IMG/VR virus record: IMGVR_UViG_2585428004_000001
Coordinates: 32,001 to 96,000 of that record
Direction: 5' to 3' (one strand)
DNA from: a virus
Taxonomy: Duplodnaviria; Caudoviricetes
Length of the DNA: 64,000 nucleotides
Shown one piece after another: positions 8,938 to 17,526 of this stretch. The position numbers and the translations under genes were made by a program. Every line of letters begins with the position of its first letter. The stretch's first letter is position 1. Below the pieces are notes generated by a model. It ran no database searches. It was not told the origin of the DNA and saw only the letters and a list, made by a program, of their open reading frames with translations.

Positions 8938-9420
8938 ATGGCAGTAGATAAATTGGAACGTGTGAAAGAGGAAGCGTATCATACTAAAAGTAATCCATTA
9001 GGATATGAAACGTCTCTTATGGATAAAAAGGATTTTGATTATCTTGTAGAGCAGGCTGAGAAGGTCGCTAAGTTAGAATCAGAGATTCAACAGTTGAAAA
9101 CAACGGTTAAAGGCTCTGAGGATGCTTCTCGTCTCGATGATTTAGCGAAGGAGAATGAGCATTTAAGAAATTCTCTTCGAAGAATAAAGGGTAGGAGTAG
9201 TCTTATTGGTAAAGAGATTAAGAACTTCTATTGCAATGGCTATTTTGGAAGGCGATACGACCTAGAATGCAGTATTATTATGGAGGTTGGCATTGACCAT
9301 ATCAAAATCAGAACAACAAGTGGTGAATTTCTCGTCACAAGTTTTGATGGTGATTGGGATGAATATACCGATAAGATGATTGCAGAATGGATAGGGGAGG
9401 TAGAAGATGAAGGTCTGTGA
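8938..9420 (+). CDS. hypothetical coiled-coil protein
   Basis: RBS GAGGAGG, 160 aa. Confidence 0.75.
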   Translation: MAVDKLERVKEEAYHTKSNPLGYETSLMDKKDFDYLVEQAEKVAKLESEIQQLKTTVKGSEDASRLDDLAKENEHLRNSLRRIKGRSSLIGKEIKNFYCNGYFGRRYDLECSIIMEVGIDHIKIRTTSGEFLVTSFDGDWDEYTDKMIAEWIGEVEDEGL

Positions 9421-10237
9421 AGTCTGCGGTGCAACTAGTGAAGAGAAAGTGATTGTAAGCGGAAGAAAGTACAGCCATTCTTTTCTTTGTAAAAGACACT
9501 ATAATCAGTACAGTAATTATGGAAAAATAACTGATGTAAACAAAGATAAGTTAAGAGAAGCGAGACAGTGTAGTGTCTGTGGAAAAGACGAGAGTGCAAG
9601 TAAAGTGTTCAAGGGAGATAAGTTTGGATACAAGTATCTTTGCAAGAAGCATTACGACCAGATGAGTGTTTACGGTAAGATACTAGAACGCACCTCTGAC
9701 TCACAATATACCAACAGTGAAATTAAAACTGACGAAGATACAGTCTATATAACATTGAAGAACAGAAGGTATGAAAAGATTGGCACAGCGATGGTAGACA
9801 TTAAAGACCTAAGTGCCGTTAAAGATAAAAGATGGTCTATGAATAAGGACGGATATGTTGTAACTAGGGTAAGCGGTGAATTAAAATTTCTTCACCATAT
9901 AATCGCAAATCCTAGCTCTATAAAAAACATTGTAGTTGACCATGAGGATAGAAATAAATTAAACAACAAGCGAAGTAACCTTAGGGTTATTGAGAAACAG
10001 AAGAATCACATGAATCATAGTGGTTATAAAAATAACAAGTCTGGATTCACTGGAGTAAGTCAGAATAAGAAAAATGGAAAGTGGATTGCTAGAATTCACA
10101 TCAATAAAAAACCAACTCAGATTGGGACGTTTGATAAAATTGATGATGCAATAGAAGCTAGGTTAAAAGCAGAACTAGAGCATTATGGAAAAGAATTCGC
10201 TCCTCAAAGACATCTATTTGAGAAGTATGGTATATAA
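9407..10237 (+). CDS. HNH-AP2 homing endonuclease with two N-terminal Zn-finger repeats
   Basis: Two CxxC...LCKxHY repeats; VDHEDRNKLNNKRSNLR; SGFTGV...WIARI AP2 domain. Confidence 0.88.
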   Translation: MKVCEVCGATSEEKVIVSGRKYSHSFLCKRHYNQYSNYGKITDVNKDKLREARQCSVCGKDESASKVFKGDKFGYKYLCKKHYDQMSVYGKILERTSDSQYTNSEIKTDEDTVYITLKNRRYEKIGTAMVDIKDLSAVKDKRWSMNKDGYVVTRVSGELKFLHHIIANPSSIKNIVVDHEDRNKLNNKRSNLRVIEKQKNHMNHSGYKNNKSGFTGVSQNKKNGKWIARIHINKKPTQIGTFDKIDDAIEARLKAELEHYGKEFAPQRHLFEKYGI

Positions 10238-10247
10238 GGAGGAAGTT

Positions 10248-13200
10248 ATGAGCGTATATACAGCTATACATTTACATACAGACCTTAGTAATCAGTCGAT
10301 GGTTGAGGTTGTAAATAATTATAAACAGTATATCGATAAGGCAGTGGACATGGGTATGCACTCCATCGCCTTTACGGAACACGGCAATGTTTTATCACAT
10401 TATAACAAGAAGATGTATGCTGAAAAGAATGGACTTAAATATCTTCATGGTTGTGAAATTTACGTCACTATGACGTTAGAAGAAAAGGTTCGTGACAACT
10501 TCCATATGGTGTTACTTGCTCGTAATTTCGAAGGTTTTAAAGAGTTGAATAAGATGGTTTCTACCGCCTTTAATAGAAAGGGTAATTCTTATTACTATAG
10601 TCCTCGTATCTCTTGGGAAGATATCAAGAATACATCTGACAACATCATTATTTCGACAGCATGTCTTGGTGGAGTTATCTGGCAGTTACATAAGAATCGA
10701 ACAGGTAGCGCTAATTCACAAGTGATGCTTGCAGAAGTGGTTCAATGGATGACAGAGAATAAGCATAGAGTGTTCCTTGAAGTCCAACCACATTACCATG
10801 TTGAGCAGATTCAATACAATAAGATGCTACTGAATATCTCTGAGAGAACAGGTATTAGACTAGTAGCAGGTTCTGATACACATGCTTTAAATCCAGAGTA
10901 TGACAAGGCTCGTAAAGTCTTACAGAAGGCTAAGCGAATCAAGTTTACAGATGAAGATAGTTTTGATTTAAGCTTCCATTCATATGATAGAATGGTAGAG
11001 ATGTTCAAACGACAAAGTATCTTTACAGAGGCTCAGATTCATGAAGCATTACAGAACACAAATGTTATTGCTGATATGGTAGAGCCATGGGAGATAGATT
11101 ACAGCAAGAAGTATCCTAAGTTATACGACAATCCAGAGGAAGTGTTCCAGAAGAAGATTTCAGAAGGTATTGTTAAACGAGGAATCGACAAGCTACCCAA
11201 TCATGAGAAGATTGTTTATGCAGAGCGAATTCAGCATGAACTGGAAGTATACAAAGCCAATGAAGCGATAAATTATATGCTTCTTGAAGATGACGTTAAG
11301 TCATATGCTCGTAGTAAAGGCGTTCGTTATGGATTTGGTCGTGGCTCAGTAAGTGGAAGTATCATTGCTTATCTAATGGAAATTACTCATATGAACTCAA
11401 TTGACCGAAAGTTAAACTTTGCACGATTCATGAGTAAAGAGCGTATCTCTCTAGCAGATATCGACACTGACTTTCCACCATCACAAAGACCAATTGTACA
11501 GGATTACTTGTTAAACCATCCTAAGTTGCACTGTGCGAAGATTATCACTTATAACAAAATTGAGTTACTTGGTGCAATTCGAGATGTTGGTCGAGGACTT
11601 GATATGTCGTTAAATGAAGTAGATGATATTGCAAAAGGTATAGAAGAAAGCGAACAGTATTATCGTGACAAATACCCAGAGTTATTCTACTATGTAGACT
11701 TAATCCAAGGTACAATTGTGAGTATAGGAGCGCATGCCTGTGGTATTGCTGTATCTCCAATTCCTCTAGATGAGAACATGGGGTTAATCACAGTAATCGA
11801 TAATAAAACAAAAGAGCCTGTTACACTTACTCAAATCAATATGAAGGAAATCGATGCTCAGAACTTCGTAAAGCTTGATATCCTTGGTCTTGATACAGTA
11901 GAGACAATCAGTAACACAGTTGATTTAGCAGGGTTAAAATGGGAAGATATCCTTCCAGAGAACATCGATACAGAAGATGAAAAGGTTTGGAACAGCGTTA
12001 TTGACGATAACATTGGTATCTTCCAGTGGGAGTCAGACTTTGCTCATCAAATCTATAAAGATTTGTTCTCAAACGAAACCATTGCAAAAATCAAAGCGGT
12101 GCATCCTAAGTTCTCATACATGGACTTATTCTCACTAGGGAATGCAATCCTTCGTCCTGCAGGCGCTTCGTATCGTGATTCTGTGGTACAAGGTGAGTTC
12201 TATGACAATGGTCATGAAGCATTGAATAAATTCCTTGCTCCAACACTAGGGCGACTTGCATATCAAGAGCAAATCATCGACTTCTTAGTTCAGTTCTGTG
12301 GCTATAGCGGTGGTGAGGCTGACTTAGTAAGACGTGGTATTGGTAAGAAGGACAAGGCATTGCTAGACACATTGATTCCAGAAATCAAGGCAAGATTCAT
12401 ATCTAGTATGATTAAGAGATATCAGACTCGTAATGTGGTAGCTGAACAAATCTCTGAGCCATTCATTCAAGTAATCTTAGATGCTTCCAACTATGGATTC
12501 TCTATCAATCACTCAGATGCTTACTCAGCAATGGGATATGTTATGGCATGGTTACGATACTACTATCCATTAGAGTTCATCACAGCAAACCTAAATGTAA
12601 ACATTGGTAAGCAAGATAAGACTACTAAGCTAGTAGAGTTTGCGAAGTCAAAAGGTATAGCATTGAATGGTATCAAGTTCAGATACTCTCGTTCTGGATA
12701 CATGTTTGATAAAGATACAAACTCAATCTACCAAGGTATTGAGCCGATTAAGTACCTCAACTCTGCTATGGCTGATGGGCTATATGAGTTAAGAGACAGA
12801 GAGTATGAAAGCTTCATTGACCTGCTTATTGATATCAAGGATGGTACAAGAACTGTAGACTTGGCATCTTTAACAGAAGAAGAAGTTACTGCAGATGATT
12901 GGGATGTTTATGCAACAGGTGAAGAGCCTCCAACTATAACAGTACATCATGTAGACTTTGGCAATGCTAAATCAATTGGCTACAAAGAGTTTCTTTTACA
13001 AGACTTGTCCAAGGAAGAACTGAAGGAATTGAACAAGTTAGAGAAGCATGGTGGAGTTAGATATGTTGGAACACCAGTAGCAATCAACTCACGTCAAATG
13101 CAAATCTTAATAGCACTTAACTTCTTTAGTGAGTTTGGTGGCAATAGAAAACTTCTTAAGATATTTGAATTCTTTGAGAAGACTTATAGCCCTAAACATA

Positions 13201-13625
13201 AGCTAAAGACTAAGAGAGAGCGTTATACAAAAACATTGCAATTTGAGCAAGATACGATTGATGAAAGCTTATCACTGGTAGAACAGTGTACATCAGAATT
13301 AGAGTTCCTTGGTCATATTGAGACAATCAATGCAGAGATGCCTGCGAATATCTTAATCATGACAGAGGTATTGAAGCATAAGACATATACTCGTGCCAAG
13401 GCGTACCAGTTCTCAACAGGGGAGACAAGAGAGTTTAAAATGGGTAGCAGAATCTATGCTCAAGTACCATTTGAAGAGCGTGATGTTATCCAGATTGTAA
13501 ATGCCGATGTCAAACCAAAGAATAAGAAAATCAATGGTCACTGGCAACCATCTCCTACAGAGAAGGAAGTATGGCTCAAGGAAATCACGTTTATCAGAAA
13601 GGGAGTAGATAGTAGTGGCGAGTAA
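10248..13625 (+). CDS. dnaE: DNA polymerase III alpha subunit (DnaE-type)
   Basis: PHP motifs HLHTD, FTEHG, SDTH; GRGSVSGS, DIDTD, KLDILGL, YQEQ, YGFSINHS; RBS AGGAGG favours ATG 10248. Confidence 0.95.
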   Translation: MSVYTAIHLHTDLSNQSMVEVVNNYKQYIDKAVDMGMHSIAFTEHGNVLSHYNKKMYAEKNGLKYLHGCEIYVTMTLEEKVRDNFHMVLLARNFEGFKELNKMVSTAFNRKGNSYYYSPRISWEDIKNTSDNIIISTACLGGVIWQLHKNRTGSANSQVMLAEVVQWMTENKHRVFLEVQPHYHVEQIQYNKMLLNISERTGIRLVAGSDTHALNPEYDKARKVLQKAKRIKFTDEDSFDLSFHSYDRMVEMFKRQSIFTEAQIHEALQNTNVIADMVEPWEIDYSKKYPKLYDNPEEVFQKKISEGIVKRGIDKLPNHEKIVYAERIQHELEVYKANEAINYMLLEDDVKSYARSKGVRYGFGRGSVSGSIIAYLMEITHMNSIDRKLNFARFMSKERISLADIDTDFPPSQRPIVQDYLLNHPKLHCAKIITYNKIELLGAIRDVGRGLDMSLNEVDDIAKGIEESEQYYRDKYPELFYYVDLIQGTIVSIGAHACGIAVSPIPLDENMGLITVIDNKTKEPVTLTQINMKEIDAQNFVKLDILGLDTVETISNTVDLAGLKWEDILPENIDTEDEKVWNSVIDDNIGIFQWESDFAHQIYKDLFSNETIAKIKAVHPKFSYMDLFSLGNAILRPAGASYRDSVVQGEFYDNGHEALNKFLAPTLGRLAYQEQIIDFLVQFCGYSGGEADLVRRGIGKKDKALLDTLIPEIKARFISSMIKRYQTRNVVAEQISEPFIQVILDASNYGFSINHSDAYSAMGYVMAWLRYYYPLEFITANLNVNIGKQDKTTKLVEFAKSKGIALNGIKFRYSRSGYMFDKDTNSIYQGIEPIKYLNSAMADGLYELRDREYESFIDLLIDIKDGTRTVDLASLTEEEVTADDWDVYATGEEPPTITVHHVDFGNAKSIGYKEFLLQDLSKEELKELNKLEKHGGVRYVGTPVAINSRQMQILIALNFFSEFGGNRKLLKIFEFFEKTYSPKHKLKTKRERYTKTLQFEQDTIDESLSLVEQCTSELEFLGHIETINAEMPANILIMTEVLKHKTYTRAKAYQFSTGETREFKMGSRIYAQVPFEERDVIQIVNADVKPKNKKINGHWQPSPTEKEVWLKEITFIRKGVDSSGE

Positions 13626-13866
13626 AAAGAGACCTGTTATGTTTATCCCATCTAACTTTACAGTTGCAGAGAAAGTTAGAATTAGCTTTGAAGACTGCAA
13701 TATCAAAATGCACGATGGCATTGAAATGCTATATGCAAACATGTACAAAGACCATTTTGAAGGTGACCTTTACTATAAAGGTTGGGATATCTATACCGAA
13801 GATAACCCAGTAGTATTTTTAGACAAAATTGAATCAGTTATTTTACAGGAGGAACGATTAGTATGA
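13615..13866 (+). CDS. hypothetical protein
   Basis: Overlap-coupled ORF, 83 aa. Confidence 0.7.
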   Translation: MASKKRPVMFIPSNFTVAEKVRISFEDCNIKMHDGIEMLYANMYKDHFEGDLYYKGWDIYTEDNPVVFLDKIESVILQEERLV

Positions 13867-14198
13867 CAACTAAAACAATTACATTATCAGAGAAGAGATT
13901 TGAAGAAATCAAAAAAGGCACAGTATTAAAGTTTGAAAATGACTTGTTTATCGTAGCAGAAATTGAAGGTGCTAAAAACGTAGACCCTGTCAACGATGCT
14001 TTATTTAGTCCAAGTTCTATTAGAAGCACACCATATTTCAGACAAGAGCGAGTGGAGGCTAAGTACAACTTAGTAAGCTTTATGAGTGGTTCTCGATTCT
14101 ATGGTGAAAACACTTCTTTACAAGAACTTATTCGAAAAATCACCAATCGTACTCGTAAGTTTCAAGTAGTAGATAAAATTGAATTTATCGAAGGTTAA
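13863..14198 (+). CDS. hypothetical protein
   Basis: RBS GGAGGA, 111 aa. Confidence 0.75.
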   Translation: MTTKTITLSEKRFEEIKKGTVLKFENDLFIVAEIEGAKNVDPVNDALFSPSSIRSTPYFRQERVEAKYNLVSFMSGSRFYGENTSLQELIRKITNRTRKFQVVDKIEFIEG

Positions 14199-14250
14199 AC
14201 AAATCCATTAAGATATAATATTAAACAAAACCATTGCAAAGGGGATAGTT

Positions 14251-15171
14251 ATGAATACAGCAGACCTGCAGTACAACGGCATTATTAAAGAGATTATAGA
14301 GAATGGCAAATGGGATAAGGATGTGAGAGCAAAGTGGGCTGACGGCTCACCTGCTCCCACTAAGTCCATTCTGAATGTATCAATGACATTTGATAATGGT
14401 TCAGATATTCCATTAATTACTTCAAAGAGAGTCGCTGTTAAATCAGCACTGGTTGAAATGTTTTGGATTTGGCTTAAGAAGTCCAATGTTGTCCAATATC
14501 TTCGTGATATGGGTTCAACGATTTGGGATGAATGGGAGAAGCCAGATGGCACAATCGGACGTGCGTACGGATGGCAATTAGCCAATAAGCGCAGAAAGGT
14601 TAAGGCAGATGAACTATTCTTTGAAATGTGGAATAATGGCGAAATATCAAGTGCTATTCCTATCTTTGAAAAAGACGATAAACCATTTACTCATGTAATG
14701 CTAGACCAAGTAGACTATCTTCTTTACATCCTTAAGAAGAATCCTTATTCACGAAGAATTAAGACTACTCTATGGTGTGTAGAAGACTTAGATGACATGG
14801 CTTTAGAGCCTTGTGTGTATGAAACTCACTGGCAATTATGGGATGATAAGTTACATCTTACAGTCAATATTCGCAGTAATGATATGGCTCTAGGCAATCC
14901 ATTTAATATCTATCAATATGCAATTCTACATCGAATGATTGCACAAGTAACTGGTTATAAGGTTGGTACAATCCACTTCAATATTGACAATGCTCATATC
15001 TATGACAGACACCTTGAAGCGTTAGAAGGGCAATTAGAGATGCCTACATTTGAAGTCCCAGATATCTGGATTAACCCAGAGGTTACAAGCTTCTATAAAT
15101 TCACTGTAGATGATGTGAAGGTAATAGATTACAAGCATGGTGAGACAATCAGAATGGAGGTAGCTATCTGA
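14251..15171 (+). CDS. thyA: thymidylate synthase
   Basis: IWDEW, GRAYG, NPYSRR, MALEPC, IRSND, GNPFN, AHIYDRH. Confidence 0.95.
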   Translation: MNTADLQYNGIIKEIIENGKWDKDVRAKWADGSPAPTKSILNVSMTFDNGSDIPLITSKRVAVKSALVEMFWIWLKKSNVVQYLRDMGSTIWDEWEKPDGTIGRAYGWQLANKRRKVKADELFFEMWNNGEISSAIPIFEKDDKPFTHVMLDQVDYLLYILKKNPYSRRIKTTLWCVEDLDDMALEPCVYETHWQLWDDKLHLTVNIRSNDMALGNPFNIYQYAILHRMIAQVTGYKVGTIHFNIDNAHIYDRHLEALEGQLEMPTFEVPDIWINPEVTSFYKFTVDDVKVIDYKHGETIRMEVAI

Positions 15172-16211
15172 TGATTAAGATGATAGCTTGTGTAGACAGC
15201 AATATGGGAATTGGCAAGGATAATGAACTCCTTGTCCATCTCCCAGAAGACCTAAAGCATTTCAAAGAAACAACTACTGGAAGAGTATGTATCTTTGGTA
15301 GAACAACATTTGAATCACTGCCTATCAAGCCACTTCCAAATAGAAAGAACGTTGTACTAACAAGAGACAAGGACTTCTCTCATATAGGATGCAAGACAGT
15401 TCACAGCGTTGAAGAAGTAATTCAATTATCAAAGACTACTGATGTGTTTATATGTGGTGGAGCAAATGTATATAAGCAATTTATGCCACATGTTGATGAA
15501 TTAATTATCTCTCATATGAAAGCTAGTTTTGATGCTGATACATTCTTTCCAGATATAGATAAATCTATATGGGAAGATTACGATTCTGAAAGCATAGTCG
15601 ATAAAGTAGAATTTGAGATTGTTAAATACCGTAGAAAATCAAATAACCCAGAAAGAGGTAAGTCTATGACAATTACAACAGCAGATATTAAAGGAAAATC
15701 AATTAAGGAGTTAGTTATGGAACACGGAGAGAAAGCAGTATTAGAGGCAGTGTCACAGAAGATTCGTGGATTTGAAGTAGTGAAAGATGAGCATCGTAAG
15801 AATAAAGGCGTAGAGATTCAAAAGCCAAAAAGAGGAACTAGTCGCAGTGCAGGATATGACTTCTTCTCACCTATAGATGTTACGATTGGGGTCGGAGAAC
15901 AGAAGATGATTTGGTTAGATGTAAAGGCTTATATGCAGTCGAATGAGGTTCTTTTAATAGATGTTCGTTCTTCTCAAGGTAAACCAAGAATTCGTCTGGC
16001 AAATACGATTGGAGTTATCGATTCTGACTACTACGGAAATGTAAAGAACGATGGTAACATTGGTATCATGTTAGAGAATCATGGCTCTCAACCATATGTA
16101 ATTAAAACTGGCGATAGAATCGCCCAAGGCATCTTCACTGTCTATCTAGTTGCAGATGAAGACGAGTGCATCAACGAGACACGAAAGGGTGGCTACGGCT
16201 CTACTAACTAG
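15171..16211 (+). CDS. dihydrofolate reductase fused in frame to trimeric dUTPase
   Basis: DHFR motifs GIGKDNEL, GRTTFES, PLPNRKN, CGGANVY, DTFFP; dUTPase motifs SAGYD, RSS, GVIDSDYYG, GDRIAQ, RKGGYGST. Confidence 0.9.
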   Translation: MIKMIACVDSNMGIGKDNELLVHLPEDLKHFKETTTGRVCIFGRTTFESLPIKPLPNRKNVVLTRDKDFSHIGCKTVHSVEEVIQLSKTTDVFICGGANVYKQFMPHVDELIISHMKASFDADTFFPDIDKSIWEDYDSESIVDKVEFEIVKYRRKSNNPERGKSMTITTADIKGKSIKELVMEHGEKAVLEAVSQKIRGFEVVKDEHRKNKGVEIQKPKRGTSRSAGYDFFSPIDVTIGVGEQKMIWLDVKAYMQSNEVLLIDVRSSQGKPRIRLANTIGVIDSDYYGNVKNDGNIGIMLENHGSQPYVIKTGDRIAQGIFTVYLVADEDECINETRKGGYGSTN

Positions 16212-16221
16212 TATTAACTTC

Positions 16222-16252
16222 AAAGACTATGTCGAAATGGCATAGTCTTTTT
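16222..16252 (+). terminator. intrinsic terminator
   Basis: AAAGACTATG/CATAGTCTTT stem plus T run. Confidence 0.8.
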
Positions 16253-16263
16253 CAATATATTTG

Positions 16264-16292
16264 TTGACTTATCAAATCTACTGTATTACTAT
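16264..16292 (+). promoter_or_regulatory. sigA promoter
   Basis: TTGACT-17-TACTAT. Confidence 0.7.
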
Positions 16293-16328
16293 ATAAGTGT
16301 TACAGTAAATGGATAAAAGAGGGAAGTT

Positions 16329-16464
16329 ATGAAGGTTAAAAGGTGCTAAAAGGATAGCAGTAGAATATGCTTTCATGTTTGATGGCACAAATGCTACACT
16401 AAGCAATCTAAGAATGAGCGTTGATGAAGCAATGGATATTATGAGAGATAAGGGGTGTCGTTAA
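16329..16464 (+). pseudogene. frameshifted small gene
   Basis: RBS plus ATG 16329 stops after 6 codons; shifted frame KGAKRIAVEYAFMFDG...DKGCR* ends on the next ATG. Confidence 0.4.
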
Positions 16465-16850
16465 TGTACTGGTATGAATACAGATTAAGAGGATTTAGCC
16501 TTGGCTGTCAGCCAAAGGACTTTGTAGATGTTAATCATGAGCATGGTAGATTTGGAGCAGTAGCTTACAATCGTGAATTAACAGATGAAGAAGTTGAAAG
16601 ATATGAGTTGACTAAGATTGAGCCAAAGGAGAACAAGTTGAAGGTTCTTGCAAAAGAGATGGTCTGGGTTAACGATGAACTAGATAAAGAGAACCTTTAT
16701 GAATGGGATAGAGATGAGTTTAAAAAGAAAGCCGATGAAATTCAAATGAAGGTTATCTCTGGTAATTATAGCATTGATTTATTTATTCAATACATGAATG
16801 AGTATCGAAATTTGAGCCTTGGAGAATACAATGAATGGATTAAAAGCTAA
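16455..16850 (+). CDS. protein with DarA C-terminal-like (polyvalent-protein) domain
   Basis: YEYRLRGFSLGCQPKDF...RFGAVAYNRELTDEEVERYEL pattern; probable start 16464. Confidence 0.6.
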   Translation: MSLMYWYEYRLRGFSLGCQPKDFVDVNHEHGRFGAVAYNRELTDEEVERYELTKIEPKENKLKVLAKEMVWVNDELDKENLYEWDRDEFKKKADEIQMKVISGNYSIDLFIQYMNEYRNLSLGEYNEWIKS

Positions 16851-16875
16851 TAAAACTCAGATTTTAATAACTATT
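16848..16875 (+). repeat. 28-bp element TAATAAAA-N6-TTTTAATAAYTATT, copy 1
   Basis: TAATAAAA CTCAGA TTTTAATAACTATT. Confidence 0.8.
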
Positions 16876-16900
16876 AAGCTAAAGGGCAGGAGATGAAATT

Positions 16901-17254
16901 ATGGGAATTTACTATCATGGAACAACTCTTAAAAATAAAGATAATATCATAAGACAAGGGTTTATAATCGGAGAACTCAAATCATCTCACTCAATCGGAA
17001 ATGGCATTTACCTCACAGACTTAAAAGATATGGCGTTAAAGTACGGAGAGGATATTGTAACGGTGGAGATAGATGATAGCAAAATTATTGAGTTTGAAAA
17101 TTATGGTCAGATTCAAAACTATATTTATGAAAAAACAGGGAATATTGAAGTTAAATACTTGAAAAACTGTTTGTTGTCTGACGACAAAATAGGAGTTAAG
17201 CATGAAGATATGGTTGTAATATATGATACACACGAGATTAATATCATTGGATAA
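16901..17254 (+). CDS. ADP-ribosyltransferase-fold protein
   Basis: YYHGT...IIRQGF...GNGIYLT...A..YG pattern of PARP/ART-like domains. Confidence 0.65.
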   Translation: MGIYYHGTTLKNKDNIIRQGFIIGELKSSHSIGNGIYLTDLKDMALKYGEDIVTVEIDDSKIIEFENYGQIQNYIYEKTGNIEVKYLKNCLLSDDKIGVKHEDMVVIYDTHEINIIG

Positions 17255-17277
17255 AATATATAAGGAGGACGACACGG

Positions 17278-17454
17278 ATGTATAAGCTGATTGTAACTTA
17301 TAATTCACCAAAGCTAGAAAAGGAAGTTGTAGAAGAATTTACCTTTAAAACAAAAGATGAATTTAATGAAGGTTATAAGGATATTGTGATTCAAAATTAT
17401 AAATTAGGCGTGGAGTATGTGAAATATGATTTTGAGTTCACATTGAAAGTGTGA
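17278..17454 (+). CDS. hypothetical protein (58 aa)
   Basis: RBS AAGGAGG, ATG 17278. Confidence 0.65.
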   Translation: MYKLIVTYNSPKLEKEVVEEFTFKTKDEFNEGYKDIVIQNYKLGVEYVKYDFEFTLKV

Positions 17455-17513
17455 TTGACATAGTGTGGCTATGATGCTACACTATTGATATTACTTAAAC
17501 AAAACCATTAAAA
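17455..17513 (+). promoter_or_regulatory. sigA promoter with downstream motif copy
   Basis: TTGACA-17-TACACT; motif 17497-17509 before the RBS. Confidence 0.75.
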
Positions 17514-17526
17514 TAGGAGGAGCAAG

